Positions 20,561 to 30,228 of a stretch of DNA of 64,000 nt are shown here, in pieces. The notes under the pieces are model-generated. The model saw nothing but the letters and a program-made list of their open reading frames with translations. It made no database searches and had not been told where the DNA came from. The number at the start of each line of letters is the position of its first letter. The stretch's first letter is position 1. The position numbers and the translations under genes were made by a program. The DNA is from Gemmatimonadota bacterium (lineage in GTDB: Bacteria; Gemmatimonadota; Gemmatimonadetes; Palauibacterales; Palauibacteraceae), in NCBI GenBank assembly GCA_963666735.1, contig OY762926.1:32001-96000 (forward strand), read 5' to 3'.

Positions 20561-20810
20561 CTTTTGCCAATATGTCGCGCTCGATCTTCACCCGGCGAAG
20601 CTCGCGCTTCAGTTCCCGGACTTCCTTGCGCTCGACCGTCGTCAGACCGTCGGTGCGACGCCCCTCGTCCAGGTCGGCCCGCTCCACCCAGCGCCGGATC
20701 GCCGTCGCCGAGGGCTCGAACTCGCGAGCCAGCCGGTCCGCGCTCCGTCCCGCACGGACCAGTTCCACCATCCGCGCCTTGTACTCCGGCGCGTATCTCC
20801 GTCCCGACAT
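20502..20810 (-). CDS. IS3 transposase OrfA (HTH plus leucine zipper)
   Basis: RRYAPEYKARMVEL...AIRRWV...ELKRELRRVKIERDILAKA. Confidence 0.9.
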   Translation of the reverse strand: MSGRRYAPEYKARMVELVRAGRSADRLAREFEPSATAIRRWVERADLDEGRRTDGLTTVERKEVRELKRELRRVKIERDILAKATAWFAKESGSIPRGGSGS

Positions 20811-21804
20811 GCGACACCTCCTCGTTGTGACCAACGCTCAAAGGTGTCCACCAAATCGGGGTAACTCCAAGCAGCTCTTCGAGTACTGCTTTCACCAGGG
20901 CGTTCCGATTGCGGTGCTCACGGACGGACGCGAGTGGAGTTTCTTCCTTCCTTCCGGCCAGGGAAGCTACGACGAGAGACGATTCGCGCATCTCGACCTC
21001 ATCGACGATGACTCCAGTTACTCAGCCGAGACCTGCGAGAAGTACTTGAACTTTGACCGCGTCAAGTCGGGTGAGGCGCGGCGACGAGCGGAGCGTGACT
21101 ACGAGGCGGCTCGGCGCCAGAAGGAAGTCGCGTCGAACTACGCGTCGGTGTGGGGGCGACTTCTCGCCGGACCCGACCCGTTGCTGCTGGATCTGTTCTC
21201 GGAGGAAGTCGGAAACGAAACGGGCGTTCGACCGGAACCGGAGAGCGCCGCGAGATTCATCCGTCGTCAGGCTCGGGCCGGAGTGGCGTCGCAGGACAAG
21301 TCGAAGCGGAAGAGAACGACGCGACGGGAGGTGGCGCCCATACCTGCCCCAGGAGGATCGGACGACCCGCCCTCGCTTACGTTCCGCGGAGAGATCGAGA
21401 CGTTCAAGACCGGCGCGGAAGTGCTGGTAGCGGTCTTCGAGAAGCTCGCCTCTCTGGATCCGGATTTCTGCCGGCGGTACTCGGAACAGCACCGGGGGAA
21501 AGTGCGGCGATACGTCGCCAAGAGCCGAGCTCACCTCTACCCAGGGAGCCCTCGTCCTGCGAGCGCCTCCCACCGTCTTCCCGGGGGTTGGTACCTCGCC
21601 ACGCACTGCAGCAACCCCGGCAAAGTGACCCGTATCATGAAGGCGTGTGAAGTAGCTGGGCTCAAGTTCGGGCGCGACGTGATCGTCCATATCCCGGTCG
21701 GACCGCGGAAGGGAAGAACTCCTTAACGCGTACGCCCGTGATACTATAGCGAGTGCGTCTCCGCCGACCGACGCCACGCCGTCAGCGGCGAGCGGCATCC
21801 GGCT

Positions 21805-22548
21805 CTATGTGCGAACTCCGCTCCTGTGGCTGGCCCTATTGAGGCGGTCCTCGAAGTACCGCCGGAACACTTCATTCTCAGGATAAGTGTCCGCGTCGGC
21901 CCAGGCCGCGGCCAGGCGTCCCACCAATCCGGCAATCCAATCCGCTGCCTGGAGCGTCTGATAGCGATGGCTCTCCAAATGGAAAGGCGGTTCGATAAGA
22001 TGCCGCCGCGGTTCCTCGCGCGCATACATGCTTCGCGCGGCCTCGGTGATCAGTTCAGATCGTTGATCATGTTCATCGAGGATCAGGACGAAGTCCTCGG
22101 GCGGCTGGCAGTCCACGTCGCAGCATTCGTCAAGCCGCCGGATGGCTTCGCGAAGGATCGCCTGGAAGAGTCGGTTCGGGTTATGGACACCCGGCGGCTC
22201 TGTCTTCCGGATCCCGACATAGAAGACAAAGCCATCGAGTGCCCCGATCTTGTTAAGCAGGCGGTTCGTGAACTTCCTGAGTTCTGCGTACCGGGTGACA
22301 TTCGTGACCGTGTAAAGACTCGACCCCTTCTTCTCCCATCGGGCCGGGTGTTGCCTGGACCGGTCGATCTCGAATGCGAGAAGCTCGCATTTGCGTTGGA
22401 AGAACCAGGTGCCGAAACGGCGCACTTCCTCGGATGGCAGAACGAACCCCGCCAAGCCGAACACGGGGCTGTCGTTGTGAATGGGATCTTGCCGACCGAC
22501 GTATGGACCGATATGGCCGAATTCGTCGAGATAGGCGAAGTAGGTCAC
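21805..22548 (-). CDS. DUF3800 domain protein (RNase H-like)
   Basis: AYLDEFGH...FGLAG, LILDE, ESHRYQTLQAADW. Confidence 0.85.
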   Translation of the reverse strand: MTYFAYLDEFGHIGPYVGRQDPIHNDSPVFGLAGFVLPSEEVRRFGTWFFQRKCELLAFEIDRSRQHPARWEKKGSSLYTVTNVTRYAELRKFTNRLLNKIGALDGFVFYVGIRKTEPPGVHNPNRLFQAILREAIRRLDECCDVDCQPPEDFVLILDEHDQRSELITEAARSMYAREEPRRHLIEPPFHLESHRYQTLQAADWIAGLVGRLAAAWADADTYPENEVFRRYFEDRLNRASHRSGVRT

Positions 22549-22559
22549 GGAAGGATCTC

Positions 22560-22663
22560 CCGGAAACACGAAAGCCCGTGCCGGAGCACGGGCCTCGGAA
22601 AGAGGGCAAGCCCAAGAGCTTGCGTCTCAGCGCAACGATACTTCACCGGCCCGAAGACGTCAA
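22560..22663 (-). ncRNA. Putative promoter plus short structured leader RNA/terminator upstream of DUF3800
   Basis: TTGACG-N17-TATCGT (22663-22635); hairpin gcaagc/gcttgc (22606-22623); hairpin gcccgtgc/gcacgggc (22574-22593) followed by U-rich tract. Confidence 0.5.
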
Positions 22664-22732
22664 CCCGGATCAACCGCTCCTCGGGCCGCGCCGGCCGTTC
22701 ATGGTTGACCCGTACATGGCGGGTTGGCCGTC

Positions 22733-25700
22733 TCAAACAGCGCCGGGGTGCACCGTCGGTGCTGGAGCTGGCGAGAGATCGATCCGCAGCAACGGCTCGA
22801 CCTTCCGCAGCGTCTCGATGCTGCGGCGCTCCAAGAGAAAGGTCATCAGGTCGCCCTGCCGCGGCTGGCCGAACACCATCCGGTAGACGGCGAGAGACCG
22901 CTTGAGCGCTTCCAGTTGCGACGCGTCCCGGCTGAGGGGAAGCGCCGGCACGTGCCGCTCGATGTACGCGCCACCCTCCAGCGGGAAGAGCCAGTACGGC
23001 ACGAGCCCGTCCCCGTTCGCCGACTGCTCCCGGGCGGCTTCGAACAGCTCATGCCACACGTCCTTCGAGTCGCCCGCGAGCACCTCGTCGCCGTGTTTCG
23101 TGGCTACGTTCTTGCGCACGGCGTGGCCCTTGTAGCGGTGGACGCGGCCTTCGCGCTGCTCGAGGTCGACCGGGTTCGACGGCAGATTCCAATGCATGAC
23201 AGAATGGCAGTAGGCGTGGAAGTCCAGCCCCTCCTGTCCGACGGAGGTGGACGCGAGCACAAAGGGCCAGAAGGGGGAGTTGAACGCCTGCCGTACCTGT
23301 CCCTCGCGCGCCCCGGTCTTGCCGTCGTCGCTCTCCTGGGCGCCGAAGCGCATGGCGAAATGGTTGCGCAGTCGGCGGTGGTGGATGCGGACGGTGTCGT
23401 CGGCGGGTCGGATTTCGTCCACTCGCGGCGCGCCGGTGCGAAGCGACAGGGCTTCCGTCACGGCCCCGGCCAGCTTCTCCCACGCTTCCTCATCCTCGGC
23501 CGCGAACAGACCCTCGAGATCGCGTAGCGTGTGGAGGTACTCGTCCAGCACGGCCTGCAGGTTGCCCGCCGCGCAGTAGTCTACCACCTGCCGCCAGTAG
23601 GGCGTGGTCTCATGGTCCCGTCGCCCGCCTCGAATAAGCGCCATCGCCTCCGGCAGGTTGAACAGCGTCCGGAAGCTCCACGCGATCCGGGCGGCGGCAT
23701 CTCGGGCTGCCGGGGCCGACGCCGTTCCCGGCCCCGAGGCCCGGGTCAGAGCCCTCAGCGCGCTCGTCGCGGGGCCTGCGACGGCTCTGGTCGCGAGGGC
23801 TTCCGCGAGATCCTCCGGCGGGCGTCCGAGTTCCAGCGATCCGCGAAGCGCTGCCTCAACCCCCGCTTCCACGAGCTTCCTCGCTTCCCGGACATGATCC
23901 GCCCACCGTGATCCCTCTTCATCATCCTCCTGCGCGCCGTTCCAGATCTTCGGCAGGTCCCAGCGATCGAACCATTCCTTCGTCGACTCGCCGTGCCTCT
24001 GGAGGTCGAGGAGAATCGGGGCCACCCAGTACCAACTCTCGTCTTCGCGCTCGCCGTCGAGATACGGTTTCGTGAGCTTGTCCAGCAGCGGTTCGAGTTG
24101 CGTCCGGGCCCGGGCGACGGCGCCGGCCAGGGTCGCCTCCGCCCCCGACACCGGGACGGGATCGCCCAGTGCCACCAAGGTCGGACTCGGGTAGAGCAGC
24201 CCAAGCACGGGCATGCCCGTGAGCCGCTCGTTCGAGAACGCAAAGCGAAGCAGCCCGCGGCGCTTCTTGCGCTCCTCCGCCGTGTTGCGGATCGAGTCGT
24301 CGAAACGCTGGAAGAGTCGGCGTTCCACCTCGTAGCTCACCACGCTCGCGACCGCCTTGGGCACGACCGCCCAGGTCGAGAAGATCAGACGCTTGGAAAG
24401 CTGCTGCTCGCGCGCCGCCTTCCACGGACCCGACGCGGGCCCCGATTCCGAGTAGTACGGAAGAGCAGGGGGGAGCCAGAGCAGCTTCCACGCCTCGCCG
24501 CGCTCCATCCAACCGAGCAGGCTGCGCAGGCGGGCGTTGGCCGGGTCGAGTCTCGCGTACGCCTCGACATCCTCCCACGAGAGAAACGCCCGCCCGCTGT
24601 CGGTCAGGAGCTCGGCGAGCCCGTTCTCCGACGACGCGTCCAGACTCGCGACCACCTGGGTCTTGAGCTTGTAGTCGTCCATAAAGCTCAGCAGGTACGG
24701 AGCGGACTTCCAGTACTCGAGGACCTGCGGCTGCCTCACCTCGCGCCCGATCTTCTGGAGCGCCAGGAAATCCCCCACGTCGTCGGCGGTGAGTTCCAGC
24801 CCCGTGCTCGGCACCTGCCGCATCATCCCCTGCGCGTCCCCGGACACCCGCAGCCGCTCTGTCCGCGACATGACGCGGCGGAGGTGTGCTTCGATCTCAC
24901 CCTTGATCCGCTCGAGCGCCTTCGTGCCGGACTCGATGCGGTACATCGCCTGTCGGTAGTCATCCAGGAATCGCCGAAGGTCGCCGCTTTCCTTGAGCCC
25001 GAGATCCAGGAACTCGATGGTCCGCAGGAAGTCCCGGTAGTGGTCGTCCTCCGCCCGCTCGTGGTGCAGTGTGTACATCTTGTAGGGCGTCGCCGACAGG
25101 AGGAGCAGACGAACGTCCGAGGTATCGTCGGAGTAGGTGAACAGCTGTTTGGCCAGCTTCGCCGTGGCGTGCTCTCCGTCCAGGAGGTCCTTGAAACGCT
25201 GGAATTCGTCGAGGATCACGAGGTCCGGCTCCAGCGCATCGACGCACACCTCGGCCAGCATCGAACGCAGCTGGCCGATGAAGGTGATTTGCCTCCAGCG
25301 GTCGTCCCCCGGGATCTGCGGGCGGCTTCGGCGAAATCGCTGGCAGAGGTCCTCGTACCTTGCCTGGAGTCCCTCGCCCTCGCGTAGGCGGTGCGCGAAC
25401 GCGTCCGCGATGCCGGGGTCGATCTGGTGCCAGTGCTTGAACTGCTTCAGCTCCCAGCGGAAGTGCCCCGTGTTCCTCACGGACCCCTGAAACAAGTTCT
25501 TGGGGCCCGCCCGGGAGTTCGGCCACACGCGCTGGAGCATGTGGTAGAGGAGAACGCGCTCCTGCCGGATCCCCATGCTGCTCTTCAAGTCGAACGAGGT
25601 TCCCGGCGTGAGAGCGATGTAGTTGACTCGGTTCGCTTTCAGGTTGTGAATCACCTGCGGCAGCAGCGTCAGGCGGGCGGCGCGCACGAACTTGCCATCC

Positions 25701-26002
25701 CCGATCTGGAGTCTGCGCACGTTCTGACGCGCGATCTGGGCGTTGGAGCAGATGTAGACGATGTCGATCTGCTCGACGCGATCGGGCCCGTCCCACAGGT
25801 GATCGAGCGCCTTCGCGATCACTCCGCGCGCCACGAGCGTCTTCCCGAGACCGACCTCGTCGGCCACCAGGAACCGCCGCGTCGAGTCCGGGGCTGTGTA
25901 GAGCCGCTCGAAGGCGTAGTCCACGGTGTCGCGCTGGAAGCCCTTGAGGCCGCCGAGGACGGTTTCGATGTCGGGCCGCTCGCCCATCCCCCGTCGCTTC
26001 AT
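22733..26002 (-). CDS. zacC: SF2 helicase, Azaca ZacC-like
   Basis: LVADEVGLGKT, ILDEFQ, LLSATPYK, VGQEGLDFH, DLEQREGRVHRY; downstream of PLD and DUF6361 genes. Confidence 0.75.
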   Translation of the reverse strand: MKRRGMGERPDIETVLGGLKGFQRDTVDYAFERLYTAPDSTRRFLVADEVGLGKTLVARGVIAKALDHLWDGPDRVEQIDIVYICSNAQIARQNVRRLQIGDGKFVRAARLTLLPQVIHNLKANRVNYIALTPGTSFDLKSSMGIRQERVLLYHMLQRVWPNSRAGPKNLFQGSVRNTGHFRWELKQFKHWHQIDPGIADAFAHRLREGEGLQARYEDLCQRFRRSRPQIPGDDRWRQITFIGQLRSMLAEVCVDALEPDLVILDEFQRFKDLLDGEHATAKLAKQLFTYSDDTSDVRLLLLSATPYKMYTLHHERAEDDHYRDFLRTIEFLDLGLKESGDLRRFLDDYRQAMYRIESGTKALERIKGEIEAHLRRVMSRTERLRVSGDAQGMMRQVPSTGLELTADDVGDFLALQKIGREVRQPQVLEYWKSAPYLLSFMDDYKLKTQVVASLDASSENGLAELLTDSGRAFLSWEDVEAYARLDPANARLRSLLGWMERGEAWKLLWLPPALPYYSESGPASGPWKAAREQQLSKRLIFSTWAVVPKAVASVVSYEVERRLFQRFDDSIRNTAEERKKRRGLLRFAFSNERLTGMPVLGLLYPSPTLVALGDPVPVSGAEATLAGAVARARTQLEPLLDKLTKPYLDGEREDESWYWVAPILLDLQRHGESTKEWFDRWDLPKIWNGAQEDDEEGSRWADHVREARKLVEAGVEAALRGSLELGRPPEDLAEALATRAVAGPATSALRALTRASGPGTASAPAARDAAARIAWSFRTLFNLPEAMALIRGGRRDHETTPYWRQVVDYCAAGNLQAVLDEYLHTLRDLEGLFAAEDEEAWEKLAGAVTEALSLRTGAPRVDEIRPADDTVRIHHRRLRNHFAMRFGAQESDDGKTGAREGQVRQAFNSPFWPFVLASTSVGQEGLDFHAYCHSVMHWNLPSNPVDLEQREGRVHRYKGHAVRKNVATKHGDEVLAGDSKDVWHELFEAAREQSANGDGLVPYWLFPLEGGAYIERHVPALPLSRDASQLEALKRSLAVYRMVFGQPRQGDLMTFLLERRSIETLRKVEPLLRIDLSPAPAPTVHPGAV

Positions 26003-26012
26003 GGGTTGACAG

Positions 26013-27953
26013 TCATGGGTTGACGGCCTTCCTCGCCTGCCAGACCGGCTCCCATATCTCGTTGAGGCCGTCCGGCAGGAGTTCTTTCCCCTCCTCGGTC
26101 TTCTCAAGGTCCGCGATCAACCGGGCGGCCTCGTCGATCCGGTCCGGGTTGCTGCTCAGGCTCTGGAGGAGCGCCTCGAGGAGGGCCGCCTCGCGCCAGC
26201 CGCCGAACGACCCGTCGGCAGCCGAGCCGTCCTGGCCTGCCGCATCCACGAATGCGGACACATCGGCCCCCTCGTCCATGAGGATGAGAAGCAGCAGTCT
26301 CAAGACCCGGCGGCGGTCCTTCAGGAGCGAACGCAGCAGGCGTTCCTTCCGGTTTTCGGGCGCCCCGACCAACTCGGCCGTGGCCACGAACCGCTTCCGC
26401 ACCTCGTGCTTTCCATCCCCCAGCGTCACCTCGAACGCGAAGAAAGCGGTCAGCGCTTCGAAGGACAGCCGATTGAAGGTGGCAATTCGGTCGGCAAGCT
26501 CGGTCGGGTCCGCCGACTCGGTCGGACCGACCGGCCCATGCCGTGCGCTCCTCAGCCCATGGATCTGCAGGGCTGCCTCCGCGGTGAGCGTCGCCGGCCA
26601 CACCCTGACCTCCGCTGTCGGCGGGATTTCCGGGAGTTCTCCCGACAAGACGATATTCCAGCGTCCCCCCTCATCTACTTCTGTTTGGCACACGGTGGCT
26701 GTCAGACGCGCTGCTCCGAGCAGGCGAACCAGCCTCTCGGCGCCCCTCTCCAGCTTCTCCTTGGCGTCGTCGGGTCCTTCGATAGAGTCCGGAGGCCGGT
26801 ACTCCTGCAGGATCGACCGGAGGGTCGCGAGCTTCGGATCGTCCTCGAGTCCGAGGAGCGCATCGATCCCACAGCACTTCTTCATTCCGAAGAGTTCGAC
26901 CAGAACTTCCACGTTCTGGTGGAACGCCGCGCCCGTTGCATTGGACGAGCCCGTGAAGAGCCTTGCACGCCAGCCGTGCTCGAAGAGAAACAACTTGGCG
27001 TGAAGGCCCGTCAGTTCGATCTCGTCCTCGCCGGTCGGCGGCTCGTCCGATCCTTCCTTCCCCTCATTCTCGGCGTCACGCGCGTCGAGGTCTGCACCAC
27101 TCGAGAGGACGTAACACGTCTTTGGCAGAGCCTCGCGCCCCCCGGCGCGAACGATGTCCTCGAAGGCCTCCGGCCGCGAGATCAGCACGTCGAGCCCGTG
27201 ATCCCGCTTCAGGTCCCGGACGGTCGAGCCAACTAGAAACGGTGACACTACGAGGCTCCGTCCGTACTTCGGGAAGGGCCATTCGCGACGCCCTCCCAAC
27301 CCGAAGTTGTGGACGCGGAAGTCGTTAAAGCCCGGAGGGGACTGGAAGTCCACCCGCCTGATGTCGTTCGCCATCCGCTCGAGTTCTTCCTGCAACTCCG
27401 GCGAGATCGGACGTGCGCTGAGTTTCGGGAGAGCCAGAAGCAGCTCCGCGAAGGGTCCGTTCCGCTCGTAGTCGCCTTGGCCCTCCGTGAGCGTCCCCTC
27501 GAGACGGAGACAGGTGTCCCAAGCCCGGGCGAACGTCAGGTTGCGGGATAGGCACAACACTCGGTAGATCGCCGGCCCGTCGTCCGCCTCGAAGGCCAGC
27601 ACCCAGACCTTCGGGTGGAAGATTCCTCCTTCGTGTCGCGCCTGGACTTCAATGACCGAGCGTTCGAGGAAAGCCAGGAGCCCTTGGCCCGGCGCCGGAA
27701 CGCCGATTGCGCCGGCCTGGCAGAAGAGCGTGATCCTCCCGGCATGCCGCCGCAGTGCCTCGAGCAGCAGCACCGGGTCGGCCATGGGCGCGCCGTCGTC
27801 GTCGTGCGCGTCGAAGAAGGTGAAGGCGAGCGGCGCCGTGAGGAGCGCCATCAGGTCCAGCGTGAAGCTGGTCCCCACGGCGCGCCGCAGGCGGTAGCCG
27901 GCCGGCGGGCGCAGGCTGTCGAGAAAGAGGGTCCGGTCACGCGTTCCCAGCAT
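26013..27953 (-). CDS. zacB: Phospholipase D-like nuclease-domain protein, Azaca ZacB-like
   Basis: Two HxK motifs: FHPKVW...SRNLT and LHAKLF...GSSNAT. Confidence 0.75.
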   Translation of the reverse strand: MLGTRDRTLFLDSLRPPAGYRLRRAVGTSFTLDLMALLTAPLAFTFFDAHDDDGAPMADPVLLLEALRRHAGRITLFCQAGAIGVPAPGQGLLAFLERSVIEVQARHEGGIFHPKVWVLAFEADDGPAIYRVLCLSRNLTFARAWDTCLRLEGTLTEGQGDYERNGPFAELLLALPKLSARPISPELQEELERMANDIRRVDFQSPPGFNDFRVHNFGLGGRREWPFPKYGRSLVVSPFLVGSTVRDLKRDHGLDVLISRPEAFEDIVRAGGREALPKTCYVLSSGADLDARDAENEGKEGSDEPPTGEDEIELTGLHAKLFLFEHGWRARLFTGSSNATGAAFHQNVEVLVELFGMKKCCGIDALLGLEDDPKLATLRSILQEYRPPDSIEGPDDAKEKLERGAERLVRLLGAARLTATVCQTEVDEGGRWNIVLSGELPEIPPTAEVRVWPATLTAEAALQIHGLRSARHGPVGPTESADPTELADRIATFNRLSFEALTAFFAFEVTLGDGKHEVRKRFVATAELVGAPENRKERLLRSLLKDRRRVLRLLLLILMDEGADVSAFVDAAGQDGSAADGSFGGWREAALLEALLQSLSSNPDRIDEAARLIADLEKTEEGKELLPDGLNEIWEPVWQARKAVNP

Positions 27954-29175
27954 CGCCCTCGCCTCGCGCCAGCCCGTCAAAGATGTCCTTGAGGATCCGC
28001 TTCGCGGGGCCCCACCGGTACGCCATCCGCCCCGAACCGGAGTCCCCTCCCCAGAGTTCCCGGTGGCGCGCGTTGGTGAGCCGCGCACGGCCCCCCTTGA
28101 GTCGGTGCTCGCGGTCCCGCACGAGGGTTCGTGCTCTCGAGTCCTTCGCCGCGATGGCCTTGGGCCCGTCCGCCTTCAGACACTCGACCCAACTCTCGGC
28201 GAAGATCTTGGTCAGGAAGCTGGGTGATCGCCCCAGGCCCCGCATCACCTCCCACACGCCGCCCAGTCCCCAGTCCTCCAGATCTCGCCCAAGTGCCTCA
28301 ACGTCGTCGCCCCAGACCTTCAATCTGCCGCGATACTTCTCTATCCAATCTTCGCGTCGCCTCAATTCGGAGAGCATGAGGTTGTAGAGAAGCGCCGCCC
28401 CCTGCATACAGACGGCGAAGAGCTTGGCATCGTGAAGCTGCCGTCGCAGGCGCGGCGAGATCTCACTGAGATGGGAGACTTGCCATGGCCGGCCGGCGTC
28501 CAGATCGGCCGGCTCGGCGCGGCCCGCCAGCACGGCCAGCAGGCTCTCCGGATGCTGAGCCTGAATCCGGTCACGCAGGTAATCGGCGTCCTTCCACCGA
28601 AGCGCCACCGAGACGTTCTCCTTCGGAAATCCGTCCGGAGGATCCGGGACGTGGGGGTGCCAGTTCGTCGGCGGTGAGCTCCTGTCTTCCGGGTCGTGCG
28701 GTGTCCCCCGGAACCGGTCGCGGCGACGGTAGAAGCTGTCCAGCGAGCGGAAGTACGCCCACTTGTGACCCGGGAACGTCCCGATCCCCCAGCTTTGGAG
28801 CCCTCCCCAATAGACCTCGCTAGGAAGCCGCTTCAGCGCGTCACCCGCGAGGATCCCAAACACCCCGGCCCTGTCGTCGCCCGCCCTCAGGAGGCGGTTC
28901 AGCCGCAGCTCCTCGTTCCGGGTCCACGCCGCCGCCTTGTTCGAGGGCTTCCGCAGGTCCTCAAGTCGCAGGAAGATCCACGGCACGAGCAGCAAGTAGC
29001 ACGCCCGCGTCTGGATCGTGCTGGTGCCGGGGAAGAACAGATCCGAATAGCTGTCGCGAACGCCAGCCAGGCCAAGCTCGTCGACCGTCCCGGTCTCCCG
29101 AAACAGGTCGATGACCTCCAACGCGCGACGCCGGTCACGCTCGGAGTAGTCCAACCAAGTCAGTGAAGAAGCCAT
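27937..29175 (-). CDS. zacA: DUF6361-like protein, Azaca ZacA-like
   Basis: SSLTWLDYS...DELGL..VRD..SDLFFPGTSTIQTRA.Y...PSEVYWGGL. Confidence 0.75.
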   Translation of the reverse strand: MASSLTWLDYSERDRRRALEVIDLFRETGTVDELGLAGVRDSYSDLFFPGTSTIQTRACYLLLVPWIFLRLEDLRKPSNKAAAWTRNEELRLNRLLRAGDDRAGVFGILAGDALKRLPSEVYWGGLQSWGIGTFPGHKWAYFRSLDSFYRRRDRFRGTPHDPEDRSSPPTNWHPHVPDPPDGFPKENVSVALRWKDADYLRDRIQAQHPESLLAVLAGRAEPADLDAGRPWQVSHLSEISPRLRRQLHDAKLFAVCMQGAALLYNLMLSELRRREDWIEKYRGRLKVWGDDVEALGRDLEDWGLGGVWEVMRGLGRSPSFLTKIFAESWVECLKADGPKAIAAKDSRARTLVRDREHRLKGGRARLTNARHRELWGGDSGSGRMAYRWGPAKRILKDIFDGLARGEGDAGNA

Positions 29176-29265
29176 GGATCCTCCTCTTCCAAGCTGGCAT
29201 CGCCGAGGATCGATCATCGTCGGAGGGCTGCGGCCGAGCCATTTCCGACGTCGAGTTACCGGTCG

Positions 29266-30141
29266 TCACTCTGCCAGAAGCACGGCTACGATTTCGAGCG
29301 AGATAGTCGCTAGCCGGATCACAAAAAGAGCTTCGGCGCGAGTGTATTCGCGAGCTTCAGCTTGGTGAGCAGCGAGGTTGCCCATGCGCTTCGCACGAGC
29401 GATGACACCTCCGTATAGATCCGCATGCCGTTTGTCGATCTTATCCGTCAGGGCTGCCTGGAGATCATCTCCGGTAGCCGCTGTGATGGACTTCTCCATG
29501 AGGCCGATGGCCTTCCGTGCCCGCAGGACCGCGTAGTCGAAATCGCCTCGATCTACCGCGTCTCGCGCGCGACGGAGTTCCGAGAGGCTTGTGTCGTACC
29601 GATTTGCGTACATGAGGTGGTAACGGACCTCCAGGACATCGACCTGCTCCCCGGTGGCTGAACGAACGACTTCGAGCCAATCGTCCCGGGGGACCTGAAA
29701 ACGAATTTCCTGGACTCGGGCATCAGTGGTCGCTCCGCCGATCTCGACACGCGGCCAGAGTTGCATCTTCAGAGTGAGAAGGCCACCCGCTCGGTATTCT
29801 TCGAGTTGTTCCAGTCGATAACTGCCGAGATCGAGGGCAACGGCGCCTCCTTGGGTATCCACATAGCCGAACGAGCGGAGGGGGTGCGCTGCGCCGTCCC
29901 GCACCAGCTGGCCGACGAAGCGATCATCTGGCCCGAGCCGTAGTTCACCCCCAAGATCGACCAGCTGGTATTGCTCCTGCCGATTCCCTTCACCCGCATG
30001 AACAAGATGTCCCAGAGTCCAGGCAAGCCCGAAGCGAATTCGCGGGGTTAGGGCGGGGACGGCCGCGACATCCGTTACAGCTACGTGACCTACGATCGTG
30101 GGCCCTATCGTGACGCGCCCAGCGCCGTAACCGGTCGACAT
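29266..30141 (-). CDS. Hypothetical protein with possible HEPN/Abi-like helical C-terminus
   Basis: AVLRARKAI...AKRMGNLAAH...YTRAEA; lower GC than flanks. Confidence 0.5.
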   Translation of the reverse strand: MSTGYGAGRVTIGPTIVGHVAVTDVAAVPALTPRIRFGLAWTLGHLVHAGEGNRQEQYQLVDLGGELRLGPDDRFVGQLVRDGAAHPLRSFGYVDTQGGAVALDLGSYRLEQLEEYRAGGLLTLKMQLWPRVEIGGATTDARVQEIRFQVPRDDWLEVVRSATGEQVDVLEVRYHLMYANRYDTSLSELRRARDAVDRGDFDYAVLRARKAIGLMEKSITAATGDDLQAALTDKIDKRHADLYGGVIARAKRMGNLAAHQAEAREYTRAEALFVIRLATISLEIVAVLLAE

Positions 30142-30228
30142 GTCAGCAGCTCCAATCGAGTTGATGTTCGTGAGGCATCAGGCCGTCAGCCGGCATCGAG
30201 TGCCGGTTGCGGTAGAAACGTGCTGCCG

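Larger units (their letters stand above)
19567..20869 (-). mobile_element. Full-length IS3-family element (about 1.3 kb)
   Basis: IRs TGGAGTTACCCCGATTTGGTGGACA / (agctc)TTACCCCGTTTTAGTGGACA; overlapping orfA/orfB; AGC flanks. Confidence 0.92.
19299..21726 (+). pseudogene. HsdR_N-like PD-(D/E)xK nuclease with C-terminal SeqA-like domain, interrupted by IS3
   Basis: VAPEF...VDYAL...VEVK...GQKQL | FEYCFHQGVPIAVLTDGREW rejoins across the IS. Confidence 0.8.

Noticed and set aside
19717..21726. 669-aa ORF as one protein
   Set aside because: The first half is antisense IS3 sequence; only the part after 20870 is the disrupted nuclease
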